Assembly (NCBI RefSeq): GCF_009914755.1
Contig: NC_060934.1
Direction: 5' to 3' (one strand)
Source of the DNA: the human T2T-CHM13v2.0 reference genome, Homo sapiens
DNA length: 64,000 nt
A program made the translations under genes and the position numbers. Below the pieces are notes generated by a model. The model saw only the letters and a list, made by a program, of their open reading frames with translations, did no database searches and was not told the DNA's origin. Below are positions 30,401 to 45,949 of this stretch, piece after piece (within the stretch, counting starts at the first letter, position 1; each line of letters starts with the position of its first letter).

Positions 30401-31473
30401 GCATATAGTAGGTACAAAAAAATGCTTAACTAAGTTATTACATATACCAGTTACTAGATCAAATAGTAACATGATTAGAAAATTAGTAAATATATAGCTT
30501 AATCATCACTAAAAGTACACACATATTTCTTTTCTTGGAGTATCAAAAGGAAAACAGACCCAGTGTCTTCATCTTTCCAAGTCAATTTTCCCTTATGCTA
30601 TGCAGACAACACAAAAGAGTTAAATGGAGTGAGGAAGACTGGCAAAATGAAAATAAGAGGGAGAACTATAAATCCAAGAAATGCCATGTTTCTTGAACAT
30701 TTAAACTAATTTTCACTTCTTTGCAGTATTTAGTTGATTCTTTATTTTGAACTTCCACCGAAATTCTTTACAGACAAATATCTGTATACTAAATATCTGT
30801 GTCTACGTTCTTTCCTTTTTAATGATTTTTCCTAAGTTGTACACAAATGCTATGTCCAATCCCTGAACTATTAAAAGCCTCTATAAATGACAGCTCTGAG
30901 GACTGTATCAGCACACAAAAATGCCCATCTATGTTGGGATATTAACTCTAAATCAGAACACAAAATGTATGTGCTATGAGTACAACTGTAGAAATACATA
31001 TGCATAAGGACAAAATAAGAAATGAATGCACCAAAATAGAAAATAGCTGTGTGAGGAAACTGAGATAATGAATGAGCTCTTCCTGTATTTTCTGAATTTC
31101 CTGGAATACTCATGCTCTTTTTATACAAAGTAATAAAACCACTTGTACATAGTGGCAACTAAGTGTGTACATTTTTTTTTCCATTTAACATCAGTTCACA
31201 TCCGCTTGTCTATATACTTGGCGTAGTTGACATTTGTCTATATATATATGTTTAGGTTTGCTCTCTTTATTTAAACTTATTGAGATTTTATCATTCCACT
31301 AATACCTGAGAGTTTTGCTTTTGGGACTACTCTCATACACAGATTAAAAGTTTCCCCCTCACTTTTTATCTGCCCAAGAAGCCAAAAACAAGAATCTATT
31401 GATGGATAGATAAACTGTATGACTATTTTTTTAAGGTTGGCTACTATCTAATTGACACTGTTTTTTTTTTCTT

Positions 31474-31498
31474 GTGTGTGTGTGTGTGTGAGAGAGAG

Positions 31499-31529
<31 letters not shown>
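31474..31529. repeat. Compound microsatellite (TG)n(AG)n(TG)n
   Basis: Seen directly in the sequence. Confidence 0.95.
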
Positions 31530-31533
<4 letters not shown>

Positions 31534-32324
31534 CAAAAAAAAATGTATTCCAGCATGGTTTTTCACTATAACTTTCAAAAATTGTTTTCCTTTTACAAAG
31601 TGATGCAACATTTGATGACTAAATAACATGGAATGAAAAAGTCCACTTTAGGACAACTGCACTACACAGAATGAGAATGCAATGTTCTTTCTCATGGCAT
31701 TTCAGGCTCGCATGAGGAAATCATTCTCTTTTTCTTTCATAAACTTCTTGAGAGAATGCTGACAATGATAAAATTGTCTTCACCGGAAGCTAGGAGAAAA
31801 ACAAGTTAATATTTTCAGGATAAAAATAAGTAAAGGCATGAGTTACGCTGAATAGTTTTAGAATCTTTGAATGAAATAGCCCAAACAGAGAAAATAAATT
31901 TTTTGAATTTCGAAAAATAATTAATCATCTAAAAGATTGAAAAGTACAATTTAGTCTGTACTTAATGATTTGTGTCTTAAATCCATACTCCTCACTTAGA
32001 ATAGAGTGTCAAATAGTATAAATTCAGTTTACTTTGGATTATCATTTCTCAAGAATACACCAAAAAAAAAAAAAAAAAGAAGAAGAAAAGAAAAAAAGGC
32101 TAAAGTATAGCTACAGACTATGGTACAAAGTTAACATATATTCTTAGAAGCATTCCAAAGGCCAGTGTAGTCAATGTATTTTTACAATGTACTCTACACT
32201 AACAAGTTTGAGGTCATGGGTTTTAGATCCATCAATAATAAATTTTAATCACAGTGTGGCAGAAAACAGTATCATGGTCAATGTATAACCAAGGATGAGA
32301 AGTCATAGTTAAGAGTCTAATAGA

Positions 32325-32623
32325 TGCCGGGTGTGATGGCTCACGCCTATAATCCCAGCACTTGGGGAGGCTGAGGTGGGCAAATTGCTTGAACCAAGGA
32401 GTTTGAGAACAGCCTGGGCAACATAGCAAGACCCTGTCTCTACAAAAAATACAAAAAAAAATTCCCAGGCACAGTGGCGTGGGCCTGTAGTCCCAGCTAC
32501 TAGGGAAGCTGAGGTGGGAGGATCCTTGAGCCTGTGAGGTAGAGGTTGCAATGAGACAAGATCACACTACTGAACTACAGCCTGGGTGACAAGAGTGAGA
32601 CCCTGTCTAAAAAAAAAAAAAAA
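32325..32623 (+). mobile_element. AluJ
   Basis: Full dimer with an A tail; TSD gtctaataga. Confidence 0.9.
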
Positions 32624-32774
32624 ATGTCTAATAGAATAGACCAAGAAAAAAGAAGAAAAAACCCACAAAATTTAGCAGAGTGAAATCATGTTGTGTAGAA
32701 GGAAACACATCAATATGCCTTCTTAATCCAGAGCTTCCTAGTTGCTTAGCCGGGCTCCAGGTGTGATATGAATC

Positions 32775-33172
32775 TGTATTAGTCTACTCCAGCTGCTATA
32801 ACAAAATACCAGACACTGGATGGCTAAAACGGAAATTTACTTTCTCAGTTCTGGAAGCTAGAAGTCCACGATTAAGGTGTCAGCAAATTCAGTTTCTGGG
32901 GACAGCTCCCTTCCTGGCTTGAAGATGGCCACCTTTTTTTTTGCAATGTGCTCACGTGGCCTTTCTTGAGTGCATGTGCATGTGCTGGAGGAGAGGGGGT
33001 GTGAGTTCTCTGGCATCTCTTCTAAGGACACTAGTCCTATCATGGCCTACCCTTATGGGCCTCCTTCAACCTTAATTACTTCCTTTGAGGGCCCATCTCC
33101 AGATACATCACATTGAGGGTTAGGGCTTCAACATATGAATTTGGTGGGAACACAAACATTGAGTCCATAACA
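32775..33172 (-). mobile_element. MLT1A0-like solo MaLR LTR
   Basis: tgtattagtc...gctgctataacaaaatacc...ctggaagctagaagtcc...ttcaacatatgaatttgg...gtccataaca; TG...CA ends. Confidence 0.8.
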
Positions 33173-33405
33173 GGACCCTCAGCTCATGAGGCAGCTGGGC
33201 AGATCTTCTGGTGGCCATACCCCAGAGTCGCCAGGGCCAGTAACAGCATCATGGTTTACTCCAATGTGGTTTAGAAAGATGATGATTTTTGAGGTCTGCC
33301 TCCCCAAGAGAGGTTGGGAAGCACTGCCTTATCAAATTGAATACATCACTGCCCTGCCAACCATTATAATAATAAATTGCAATAACCCTCTAAAATGAAG
33401 AAAAT

Positions 33406-33593
33406 TGTCTGGGTACAGTGGCACATGCCTGTAGTTCCACCTACTTAATAGGCTAAGGCAGGAGGATAGCTTAAGTCCATGACTTTGAGGCTGTAGTGCA
33501 TTATAATCGTGCCTGTGAACAGCCACTGCACTCCAGCCTTGGCAACATAGTGAGACGCTGCCTCTAAAAAAAAAAAAAAACAAAAAAAAAAAA
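33406..33593 (+). mobile_element. Fossil Alu monomer (FAM-like)
   Basis: Monomer with the 7SL-like gtgcctgtgaacagccactgcactcc segment and an A tail. Confidence 0.75.
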
Positions 33594-33829
33594 ACGGAAG
33601 AAGAAAATCCTGATAACAATTAATGCTTACATAGCATTCACTGTGTATTATGCCTGTTCTTAGTGCTTTTTACACATGTTCACTCATTTAATTCTCACAA
33701 AAACCCTCTGATACATGTATTATAATGCTGTGGTCAAGTGCATAGTCTTTTGGCATCCAAATGCTGAGTTCAAATCTCAGCTTCTGCATTTCTAGCTGTG
33801 TAAACTTGGTCATGTTACTAAGTCTCAGA

Positions 33830-33960
33830 ACCCAGGTGTGGTGGCACATGAGTGTAATCCCAGCCGCCTACTCAGGAAGCTGACATGGGTGGCTCTCTTA
33901 AGGCCAGGAGTTTGGGACCAGCCTGGGCAACATAGCAAGACACTGTCTCAAAAGAAAAAA
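33830..33960 (+). mobile_element. FLAM-like Alu monomer inside a MIR
   Basis: Left-arm monomer flanked by the direct repeat gttactaagtct. Confidence 0.75.
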
Positions 33961-34264
33961 GTTACTAAGTCTTTTTGAACTTCAGTTTTCCCCATCTGTA
34001 CAATGAAGATAAATATACAAATGTATAATTCCAAAAAGTTCTGAGAACAAACCCATAATTTTCCCAGATATTGACAGTGTAATTATTTGGTGACAAGACC
34101 TAAACTACGTATATATCTCTTTTAGTAGAATATTCCTATGTTCTATTATAGAATATCTTATGATTGATTACCAGATACTCCCTCAGATCCTGCTAGAGGG
34201 TTACAAATATCTGCTCTCCATACCATAACAAAAAATCTTGTCCTAAGGATTTCTGAAAAGAGTT

Positions 34265-34520
34265 TCAACTCACAGTTGTGGGTACGTAGTAAATTAATTT
34301 AACACACTTAAAACAGTACCTGGCATATCCAGTGAGTAATACACAAGTGATAATTATTATTATTACTGTTGTTATTATCACTGCCATTGTGTAGGTGAGG
34401 AAATGAGGCAAAGAGAGATCCAATAAATAGTCTGTCCAAGCCACAGCTGGCATGCAGTATGATGAATGTGAACCTAGACAGTGTAGCTCCGAAGCCTGTG
34501 CTCTTAACCACTGCACTGCC
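34265..34520 (-). mobile_element. MIR
   Basis: gtgaggaaatgaggc...ccaagccacagctgg...gaacctagacag...gctcttaaccact is the MIR core on the reverse strand. Confidence 0.65.
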
Positions 34521-34944
34521 CCATCTCCACAAGTTGCATACGTTTTACTTGTGTGCAATATAATCTAAGAAGGCATTGCTTCCTTAAAATATTTTTAGAA
34601 TTTTTCCTATGTAAATTGGAAATACTAGGTACTTAATGGAGTATGCACTCAGATACAAGGGAAATTCCACTCCCCAGCATGATCTGGGGCAGGTGAGTGA
34701 CAGCCACGTTTGTGCTACCTGTTCTGCACCTCCCTGGCCCTGCCGATTGTACCAGGAGTCTACACATCATCCCAAGGAACCAATCCAAAGACCGAATCAA
34801 ATTCTGAGATTCTATGTCTTTGGAGTAGGCAACTGAGTCAGGCTGGAGCTGGGAGGTGCAGCACAACAAGGCTGAGGAGCCACCTTCTGCCTGTATATAG
34901 AGCAGCCGAGAACCAGGGGAACAAGGAAGCAGTTTCCTATGGAT

Positions 34945-35152
34945 CAGTCGTTGTCAACAATGGCCAATTTGGCTCCCCAGAGGACATTTGGCAATGTCTA
35001 TAGAGGCATATTTGGTTGTCACAATCAGGGTGTGCTACTGGCATCTAGGGCACAGAGGCCAGGGATGCTGCTGAACATTCCACAGGACATCCTGAAAAAC
35101 AAAAGCAATTATCTGGCCCAAATGTCAACAGTGACAAGGTTGAGAAAGCCTG
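34945..35152. mobile_element. MER20 (hAT-Charlie)
   Basis: cagtcgttgtcaac...ccccagaggacatttggcaatgtct...ggcccaaatgtcaacagtg...gttgagaaagcctg; degenerate 8-bp TSD ctatggat/atatagac. Confidence 0.8.
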
Positions 35153-36261
35153 ATATAGACTTAGAGCAAGAAACTATGTGGCTTCAACAAAAGGGTGAGA
35201 TGGAGAAATGAGTTGCATTAGCTCCAATGGCTTCCCAGGTCCTGAACTCAGCTGCTTATGACATCTAACGGCTCATCCTGCTCCAGGTGCCCTGAGGTCC
35301 TTTATGGCCAATGTTCTTCACGTCCACTTACCATTCCACAAAAGTTCTCCATTGCCTAACAGCAGTTTAATGAGTTTATGCTACCTGCAACCAAAGATAT
35401 CTGAGATAGGCTTGGGGGAGAACAACTCAGGATGGCAGGAAGAGGGATTCAGGCATGGGGAAGAGTGTATTAAACACAGAGACTGAGAGGGCATTTGGAG
35501 AAACGCCCATGGAAAGGGGAAGAACAATGCAGGTGAAAGAAGAAATGAGTCAGGGCAAAGAAGCCCCAATAAGCATAGTGTGTTTGTGTGCAGAAAGGAG
35601 AGCAGCGTGTGTAGATCAGTAGGTGCACACTGGGGAAGTTAAAGAAATTAATTTAAGAGGTAACAGTTTTGAAAGATGCATCAGGACATACAATTGTAAT
35701 AAAGACTCACATATCTGTGACTGTACTAAGCCTAATTCATCCTTATAAAAATTCATGCATATAAGAAAAGTACCTTTGGGAATATAAACTTCCTTGGTAA
35801 GCCATCATGACAGAGTGGAAATTCTGCCCTATCAGTAAAATCCATGATTAGGTACATTCAACAAGCAGTATTTTCTGAAGATGTAAAATAACAAAAGAAG
35901 AGGCAGAAATCCCTGGCATTTATGGGAATCAGTCAAAATAGTTTTTCATCAATAAGCTCCTCAGTTCTCTATTCTATACTCTGGGGAAGATGACCCGTGT
36001 CTTGCAGGGTTGGAAGGCAGTGAGCTCACTGCCTGGTACTGAGGATGATCTAGGTTGTATGTAAAAGCCCCATATGGCTCCCTTATTTTCTTATCTAAAA
36101 AAAGAAAGAAAAAGACCACAAAGATTGAGAATTGGCCTCCCTGCTCCATCACTCAGTCAGGAGACTTAGAATTCATAAAAATATCATTAAATTTACAGAG
36201 TCAAATATATAAGTAAACTATGTGACTGTGACATGTTATAGAACCTTCTCTACGAAATATA

Positions 36262-36418
36262 GAAAAAAATTAGTCAGACACAGTGGCATGTGCCTGTAGT
36301 CCCAGCTACTCAGGAGACTGAGGTCGGAGGATCCCTTGAATCCAGGAATTCAAAATTACAATGAGCTATTATCAAGCCACTGTACTCCAGCCTAGGTGAC
36401 AGAGTGAAACCTTGTCTC
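36262..36418 (+). mobile_element. AluJ right arm / FRAM
   Basis: Right-arm monomer ending gaaaccttgtctc. Confidence 0.8.
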
Positions 36419-36430
36419 AAAAAAAAAAAA

Positions 36431-36490
<60 letters not shown>

Positions 36491-36560
36491 AAAGAAAGAA
36501 AGAAAGAAAAGAAAGAAAAGAAAAGAAAAAAGAAAGAAAGAAAAAAAGAGAAAAACGAAA
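36419..36560 (+). repeat. A-run plus (GAAA)n microsatellite grown from the Alu tail
   Basis: About 14 perfect GAAA units followed by degenerate GA-rich repeats. Confidence 0.95.
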
Positions 36561-37109
36561 TAAGTAGAAATAAGTATAGAAATAAAGACTAGGAAATGAA
36601 TATCACAGAAAAAGGGATGTCCTGGATACCTTGTTTTTCTTTTTCTCTCCTTTGTTTTCCAATAAAGATAACTGTGACTCTTTGAGGAAAAAGTTGATTT
36701 TCTGCTTAGTAAATCAAAGGTTCTAGATCAAAAAGCAACAGATACAGTGTTCAGAGAGAGATATGTGTGGGCTGGTACCAAATCAACCAGTGAAGTCAAA
36801 AGACACTCCAGGAGAAAATTTGGAAGTATGGGACGAAACATACACCCTTTCACTTCCAATAGGCAGTGCTTCAAAAGGACGATCCCCAGCAATCCCTTCT
36901 ATGGCTGACTGACAAGAAAGCTGTGGGCTCTGCGGATTCCATACAAAGGGTCAGATTCCTCTGAATGAACACAACCATCCTGAGGCAAGGCAACAAGCCT
37001 TCTCTAAGGGGAAATCACATCTAACTCATTAATTGGGTGTTTAAAGGAAATGCCCAGAATGGTGTGGCAAAAAGAGAACTCAAATTTTTAATTCTGAAGA
37101 TTAACATCA

Positions 37110-38070
<961 letters not shown>

Positions 38071-39139
38071 TCCATCAAAAAAATCCCTTAATCATAAGGA
38101 AGGTTTTTTGAGGAACTTTTTAAAGAATGAATAGCAGCTACTATTTTTTCAGCACTGATTTGTGGTCAGTGCTAAGGAAGTCACATGCATTATGGTCATT
38201 TGGAAGAGGATGTGGATGCCAGCTCTTTGTTGGTGGAACTCAGCAGCATGGTACCACACCTTGCACAGCAGAATTTCATTTTCCTTTCTGAATTAATTCC
38301 ATGCCTATAGGAGTGCTAATAAGGACTTAGGAAACAAACTGCCTCACACTCTAATTGATAGGCTATGGGAGAGGTTCAGTGAACCTCAAATAAGTTAGCT
38401 TTAATATATTGGGTCACTCCAATGCCTATGCCTAGGATAAAAGCAGCAGCAACGACTAACTGACAATAGTAACAGTTTCCCACCAAATGATGCCTTAGAA
38501 ATCTGTAGATGGCTCCTCTCTGAGCAGTTTGGGGGATTCCCGAAGGACCAACCCCTAACCTTGTAAAAGATGTTAGGAAGAAGGATAGAGCCTAGGATGC
38601 AGAGAGCTCCTTGTAAACTAGACAGATGCTATGCACAGAGATATTGAGATCTGGTTAGGAATATTCTGCATAATATCAGGATAAGTCCAGGATGTTGTAT
38701 GACAAGAGTCAAAAAGAAAACTGACGTATCAGGAAACGACTGGGGAGTGGCTTTATCAGAGCTAGCCAGTGTACAGCTTCAGGGAGAGTTCTTTCATGAT
38801 GAAAGAAAAGGTGATCATATTTTTTGTACTTGTACATTTTACTTTTAAGTAATCATCTCTAGAAATGTGGGCATATTATAACACATAACCATTGGGAAAA
38901 ATCTTTGAAATTACTACTGTTATTGTTTTCACGGCTCAATCATTTAAATAAGAAAACCAAGCTCACCATTTCATAGACATATTAATGCTATTTTGACCCC
39001 AACGTTACTGCCCAATTTGGTCGTGAATATCACACATTAGACTTGGTTCACAATGGCTTTTTGATGTTTCCAAAAATCATATTCACCTTCTTGGAGATTG
39101 GCCACTGCTGAGGATTATTCTTTATATACTAAAGATTTA

Positions 39140-39460
39140 AACTTATTTTACTTTATTTTATTTTATTTTATTTATTTTTGAGACAGGGTCTCACTCTGTC
39201 ACCCAGGCTGGAGTGCAGTGGCGAGATCTAGGCTCACTGCAACCTCTGTCTCCCGGGCTCAAGGATTCTTCCACCTCAACCTCCCGATTACCTGGGACTA
39301 CAGACTCATGCCACTGTACCCGGCTAACTTTTTGTGTGCTTTTTGTAGAGACGGGCTCTCCCCATGTTACCCAGGCTGGTGTTCAACGTCTGTACTCAAG
39401 CAATCCACCTACCTTTGCCTCCCAAAGTGCTGGGATTATAGGCATGAGCCACCGTGCCAG
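39140..39460 (-). mobile_element. AluJ
   Basis: (TTTA)n tail followed by the reverse-complement dimer. Confidence 0.88.
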
Positions 39461-40094
39461 TCCTTAAAGTAATTTTTTAAATGAGATCTTAAAAACTGTG
39501 AACTATGACAGCTTGACCTTAAAAACCTAAGGTGAATACTTTTAAAGGGATAATATCATTTGGAATATATTTTACACTATATTTTTGAGTCAATATTTTA
39601 TTACATGTGTTTATACCTGTAAACACATAATAAGGTCTGTTATTTCAAATATGATGAAAAAAGGTATAAAAATTAATGCTGACTGGTTCCTAAAGATATG
39701 TCTAATGTCCTTTGAGGATCAAAAAAGTCATTATAGTCACTAGTCATCATCAAGGGGAAATAGGAACAAACTGAACAATGTATTTCTCCTGTGTAAAACA
39801 TTAGCATCCATAATGCTACATAAACTCTGTTCACTTGAAAATCAAAAAAACTATAACAATTTCTGAAGGGTCAAAGATAGATAACTATAGTGACTCAAGG
39901 TATGAAGGGTCTTTATATGAAGAGGAATGTAAAAGTAGGGCTTTTCTTCAATAGGCAAAGAAATGAGTCAAAGATGGATGAGCCTGAAGATTGTAAAATC
40001 ATGATGAGCAGATAACAGTGAACCTGGACTTGCAATCAAATCTCAGAACTTGCTGGCAACTCCTGGAGGAGGTCATGTCGGTTTATATGTAAAA

Positions 40095-40900
40095 CAGTAC
40101 TCTGTGATTTTCAAATCCTCCAATACCAACTCCATGTCTAACAATTCAACTCAACTCTGATGCTATCTGCCTGAGTTAGTGTCAGATCCCACAAGTTAAG
40201 GGGCTCGGTCTCACAAGACTGCCCCACTTCAGATACCAGTCACAAGTCTGGGCCTCCCTTCTAACTTCTGATGGACCAGCTATAAATCAAGGGTTCCCAC
40301 AACCCCCTCAATACTTTGCTTTAATTACTCACAGAACTCAGGGAAAAATCTTTACTTATGTTTACTGGTATATTATAAAGGATACAGCTCAGGAACAATC
40401 ATATGGAAGAGATGCATAAGGCAAGGTATGGGGGGCCGGGATTGGGAACGCAGAGCTTCTATGCATCCCACCCTCCTAGCAACTCCATGTGTTCACCAAC
40501 CCAAAAGCTCTCTGAATCCCTTCAGTTAGGGTTTTTATGGCAGCTTCATTAAGTTAGCATGATTGGTTAAATCATTGACCATTTCAGATAAACTCAACCT
40601 TCGGCCCCTCTCTACTCCTGGAGGTAGTGGGAGCAGTTGCTGAAAGTCCAACCCTTTAGTCATGGGACAAGCAGTCTCCCATCTTTAGGGCCTTTTCAAA
40701 AATCATCTCATTAACAAAAGCTCAGGCTGGATGAAGTTAGCTTGTTATGAATAACAAAAGACAATTCTCTCACTCCAGAGCTATTTCAAGAACTGGAGAC
40801 AAAAACCAAATACTATAACAAAAGATGCCCCTATCACTCATATTAACACTTATGAAATTCCAAGAGTTTTAGGCAGCCAAATACATATTTCTTATTTTAT
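40095..40900 (-). mobile_element. MER21-family LTR
   Basis: gtgtcagatcccacaagttaagggg...gccccacttcagataccagtcacaagt...ctcacagaactcaggg, the reverse complement of the element at about 62080. Confidence 0.7.
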
Positions 40901-42269
40901 TACATGACTTCTCCCATGAATAGCAACTATACTACCACCCCCACTCTCCATGAGGCAAAAGATGCGTCAGTTTCTCATGAGCCAGTTACAGAGCTTTCTG
41001 GGGAAAGAGCTGCCTGGAGCCATTATAATCCTGCCCAAGAGGGCCTGCTGGCAGAGGGGATGGTTTTCTAACAGTAAGGGTCCATAACCACAAGAGAACC
41101 AGGAGCTGAGTTGCAACCAGGCAAAAGAGATATACTACATGCCTCACAGGTGTGTGCCTAGAAGGACAAGCAGGGAGCCTCCATAAAAAAATAAAAATAA
41201 AAACAAAAAACAAAAAACAAAACAAAACATAAAATCACCTACTACATAAAAAGTTAACAAGTGCGCATACCAAGTAAGATTGTGCCCTATTTTCCTAATC
41301 TCTTCTCCCACTGAGCCAGACCCTAGAGGAGTTTTTTTTTTTTTAAATTAATTCCAGAAAGCTGGGAAAGAAAAAACATTAAGCTGGAAAGAGGAAAGAA
41401 TCATGCCTCCTTCTCCCACTACAAACAGACAATTTTATAGTGGCCCTGCCTGGGGGAGGAGGTAAGAATTGACATTAAAACTAAATTCTAAGTTTTTATC
41501 ATGTGTGTGAATTAGATATTTTAATTTCTAAATTGAGACTGTGTTTGTGACTTAAAATGACCCAGAGGATGGTCTGTTACCTAACAATGAGCAGAAAGCC
41601 ATGGGACCTGTCCACGTGTTCATCCAGGGATGGGGAAAGGCTGTTCCCACTGAACAATTTTTAAAGGGAAAGTAGAAGTCGAAAAATAAAGCTGCAGTTT
41701 TACTATACTCTGCAAATGATGCTTCTTCACCATACCACATACACAAAAGGGAGAAAAACATATAGACAGGAGCTATAAAAAAAAGTATGCAAGTCATCTC
41801 CAGAGGCAATACCAACTTAAGTATAAATAGATTATGGAAAAGTTTAGATCAATTCATGGATAATATCAAAATAAGTTATGACGAGGAGGAAATATTCAGA
41901 AGATGTTGTCACCTTTGAGACTGACATGATATCAATGTTCTCCCGCTGGCTTCATTTGTTTATGATGTCATTTGTTTTACAAACAAACAAAAGATCAATT
42001 TCAATATTTTAAAGCTGTGCATGTGTTAATTGATCACAACCAATAGATACCAAGATAAAATAATCTGCCATGATTATTACTTCATTGGCCAAAGCATTTT
42101 AAACATGACACTACAAGGATGGTGATAAATGTATATAATTATCCACTAAAGGTTATTTTTGATCTTCCCTTTTATATGTCGCCCGAGATAAGAGCAGTTT
42201 TTTAGGAACAAGAATGGGGACAACTCACCTATGCTTAAAAGGACTTGTAAAAAAAAAATAGCTATAAGT

Positions 42270-42460
42270 AGCTGGGCGCAGTGGCTCACACCTGTAATCC
42301 CAACACTTTGGGAGGCTGAGGCGGGCGGATCACCTGAGGCACCTGAGGTCAGGAGTTCGAGACCAGCCTGATAAACGTGGAGAAACCCCGTCTCTACTTA
42401 AAATACAAGAGTATTTTTAGTCTCTACTAAAAACACAAGAGTGCGATGGTGCCGACATGG
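42270..42460 (+). mobile_element. AluS left arm with local duplications; right arm missing
   Basis: The left arm has a duplicated cacctgagg and a duplicated/inverted middle A-rich linker. Confidence 0.88.
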
Positions 42461-43030
42461 CAAGTAATTTATTTGGGCAAGTCTGAACTAAGTCATAATT
42501 AAGTATTCATAAGATAAAAAAGACAATCTACATTTGTTGTATAGCACCATGGAGTTTATATTCACAAATATTACTCTTTCTAAGACTCAGACCAATCTAG
42601 TATGAAAGGTAGAGAAGGTTAATAGTCATCTCCTGCCTTTGTCTACCCAACATCTATGCCCTTTCCTTTAGGAAACAACACCTCAGTATTCCCATTCTCA
42701 GTTCAAGCGTCTTGAACCTATCTCCTCCTGGGGAGGCCTGGCCAATCAGAGGCATGACTCATTCAGAGACTTATGAACCAGGCTAGACCCATAAGAGTCA
42801 CCAAATAAGACATTTGCTAGAACAACAAGGAAGATGTGGCTTCTTTTCATGGGGTTCCCAAGTCACAGCATGCCAACAGTGAGCTGCAGGTGGCCATTTT
42901 TCTCTTTACTAAGCCAGCCTAGGAAAGAGTTCAAGAAATACGTGTTGCTGAAATTGTTTAAACATTTGAACTCAGCTATATCTAAATCCCACCCTTGAGG
43001 TTCTCTGTTAAGTAAATAAATGAATTCACC

Positions 43031-43401
<371 letters not shown>

Positions 43402-44888
43402 TAAATATGGTCAGGGCTTATATGATTGTCCAAGATCACATAGAAATATGTGGCTGAGCCAGAATGTAAGCTAAGAGAGCTGTCAAACTCCCAGTCCATA
43501 GCTCCTCTTCCTTCCTCGGATTGGCTCCCCTTTCCATATAGTTATACTACCAGTGTTTTACAGGCCTAAACCAATGCATTTTTATCTCTTTTGCCCAAGT
43601 ACCTAAATAAACAAATGGGCCAGGAGCTGTGTCAGAAGCAGGGTGATAAAAAGAATGAGTGTGTATCATTAAGCAGATAAATGAAAGGTTCCTACCAAGG
43701 TAATTTTGTCAAAGCAAACTATAAAAAAAAATCGATCATCAGTTCCTCTAATGTTAAAAGTTCTAGAAGCCTGTGAAATTGAAGGATTGTGAGCCACAAT
43801 AACATATTAGAAATAAAGAAAACTGAAGTAATCATATTGGCCCCATTCCTGTTGGTAAACTAATTTAATCCCCCACGCTATATTTCTTCTTGAAGAACTA
43901 TAATACAGTAATGTTTAGTATTGAGTTTTTCAATTATCTAACACGAAAGTGTCAGCCAAGATTATTAAATAGAGGAAATGTTTTAAATCAAGCAAAGAAA
44001 CCCAATGGTCCAGCATCAAAAAGGACACGTAGCTAGTTCATTAATAAAAACGTGCTTTATTTCATACACACTGTTGACAGCAGTATTAACCGGTTCAATT
44101 GTTTTGGAGTGACATTTGGCAGTAAGTTTCAAACGTACTCAACTTCTGACCCAATGCTTCTACATTTAGGAATCTGTCTTATAGTTAACACTCCCCAAAT
44201 GCTCAAATATGCTCATATAAGAATGCATTAGCATTATTTGTAACTACAAAACATTGGAATATGTTTCCATTAGCAGGGAATCAGTTGGGTAAGCTGTGGT
44301 ACATTCAGCTTCCAATTTTGTACAGCAGATTGAGCACGCATGTTTATCTCTCCTCCTAAAACATTGCTGGTGGTAAAGGAATCAAAGGAAATAAACCACA
44401 AGGATAAAGAGAACAGGAGAGAACATAATAGCAAACAAAAGATGTCAAACACATTTTGGAAGCCGGAAAGTGAATGAACAGATGGGATCTGATTTAGCAA
44501 AACAGAGAACACTGAAACCTAATCCAACATGGAAGGGAGACGGTAAGAAGGAAGCCAAACTGCAGAATCCCAGAAAGACTCAGGAATGAAGGAACAGAAG
44601 ATTTCTAAAGACAGCAAGTGTGGGAATGAAGCTAAAAATAGGACTGATGGAAAGTTTGTAGAAGTTCCCACCCCTCAGACAATTAGCCTTCCCCTCCCTG
44701 GAAGAAAACTGGTATTTAGTCTGTGGAAATGCTACATACTGTTCTTGGAGATAGCAGATACAGCGGAAGTAGCAAGGGAAGGCAGAGCACCACACAAAAA
44801 CAAGAGGATTAAATGAATATCATACTGAATGGTGAAATGCCCTGTCCCACAACTCTGGCCCTATATTACTCTAAAAACACTAGGAACT

Positions 44889-45202
<314 letters not shown>

Positions 45203-45319
45203 CATCACACTAGGAACCAGGTTTCTAGCTACCACGCAAAACACTGACAACTGTCTTTGGAGAAACTAACCAAGCTAAGAGAAAAGGTATTAACCCTTGG
45301 GAGTGTTACTCAGAAACTA

Positions 45320-45765
45320 CAGATGCTCCTTGACTTATGATGGGGTTAAATCTTGATACATCCATCAAAAACTGAAAATATCCCAAGTTAAAATGCATTT
45401 AATACACCTAACCCACTGACCATCCTAGCTTAGCCTAGCCTACTTTAAATGTGCTCGGAAATTTAAATTAGCCTGTAGTTGGGCAAACTCATTTAACACA
45501 GACCCTATTTTATAATTAAGTGTAGAATATCTCATAATGTATTGAATACAGTACACTGTAGAGTACAGTACCAGTTGTTTACCATCATGATCGTGGGGCT
45601 GACAGAGCTGTGGCTTGCTGCCTCTGACCAGCATCATGAGAAAGTTGTCTTACTACATATCACTAGCTCAAAAAAAGATCAAAAATCAAAATGTGAAAAA
45701 CAGTTTCTACTGAATGTGTATTTCTTTGGCACCATTGTAAAGCCAAAAATTTGTAAGTTGAACCA
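45320..45765 (+). mobile_element. Tigger4-family (MER46/Zombi) DNA transposon derivative
   Basis: ta|cagatgctccttgacttatgatggggtt start; gcttagcctagcctac motif; ends ...gtaagttgaacca. Confidence 0.75.
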
Positions 45766-45949
45766 GAGCTGCTCATTCTACATGCAACTGGCCAATCCAC
45801 AAATCCTTCCTTCTAATCAGCTTCTTAATGTCTCATTCTGAAATAAATGAACAACCAAAGATCATCAAATAGTTAAGAAATTACCAAATAATTAGGAAAT
45901 TATTAACATAACTAATAATTATTATAACAATTAACATAAGAAGTGGGAT

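Noticed and set aside
36404-36592. Lys/Glu/Arg-rich 62-aa ORF
   Set aside because: Translation of the (GAAA)n microsatellite.
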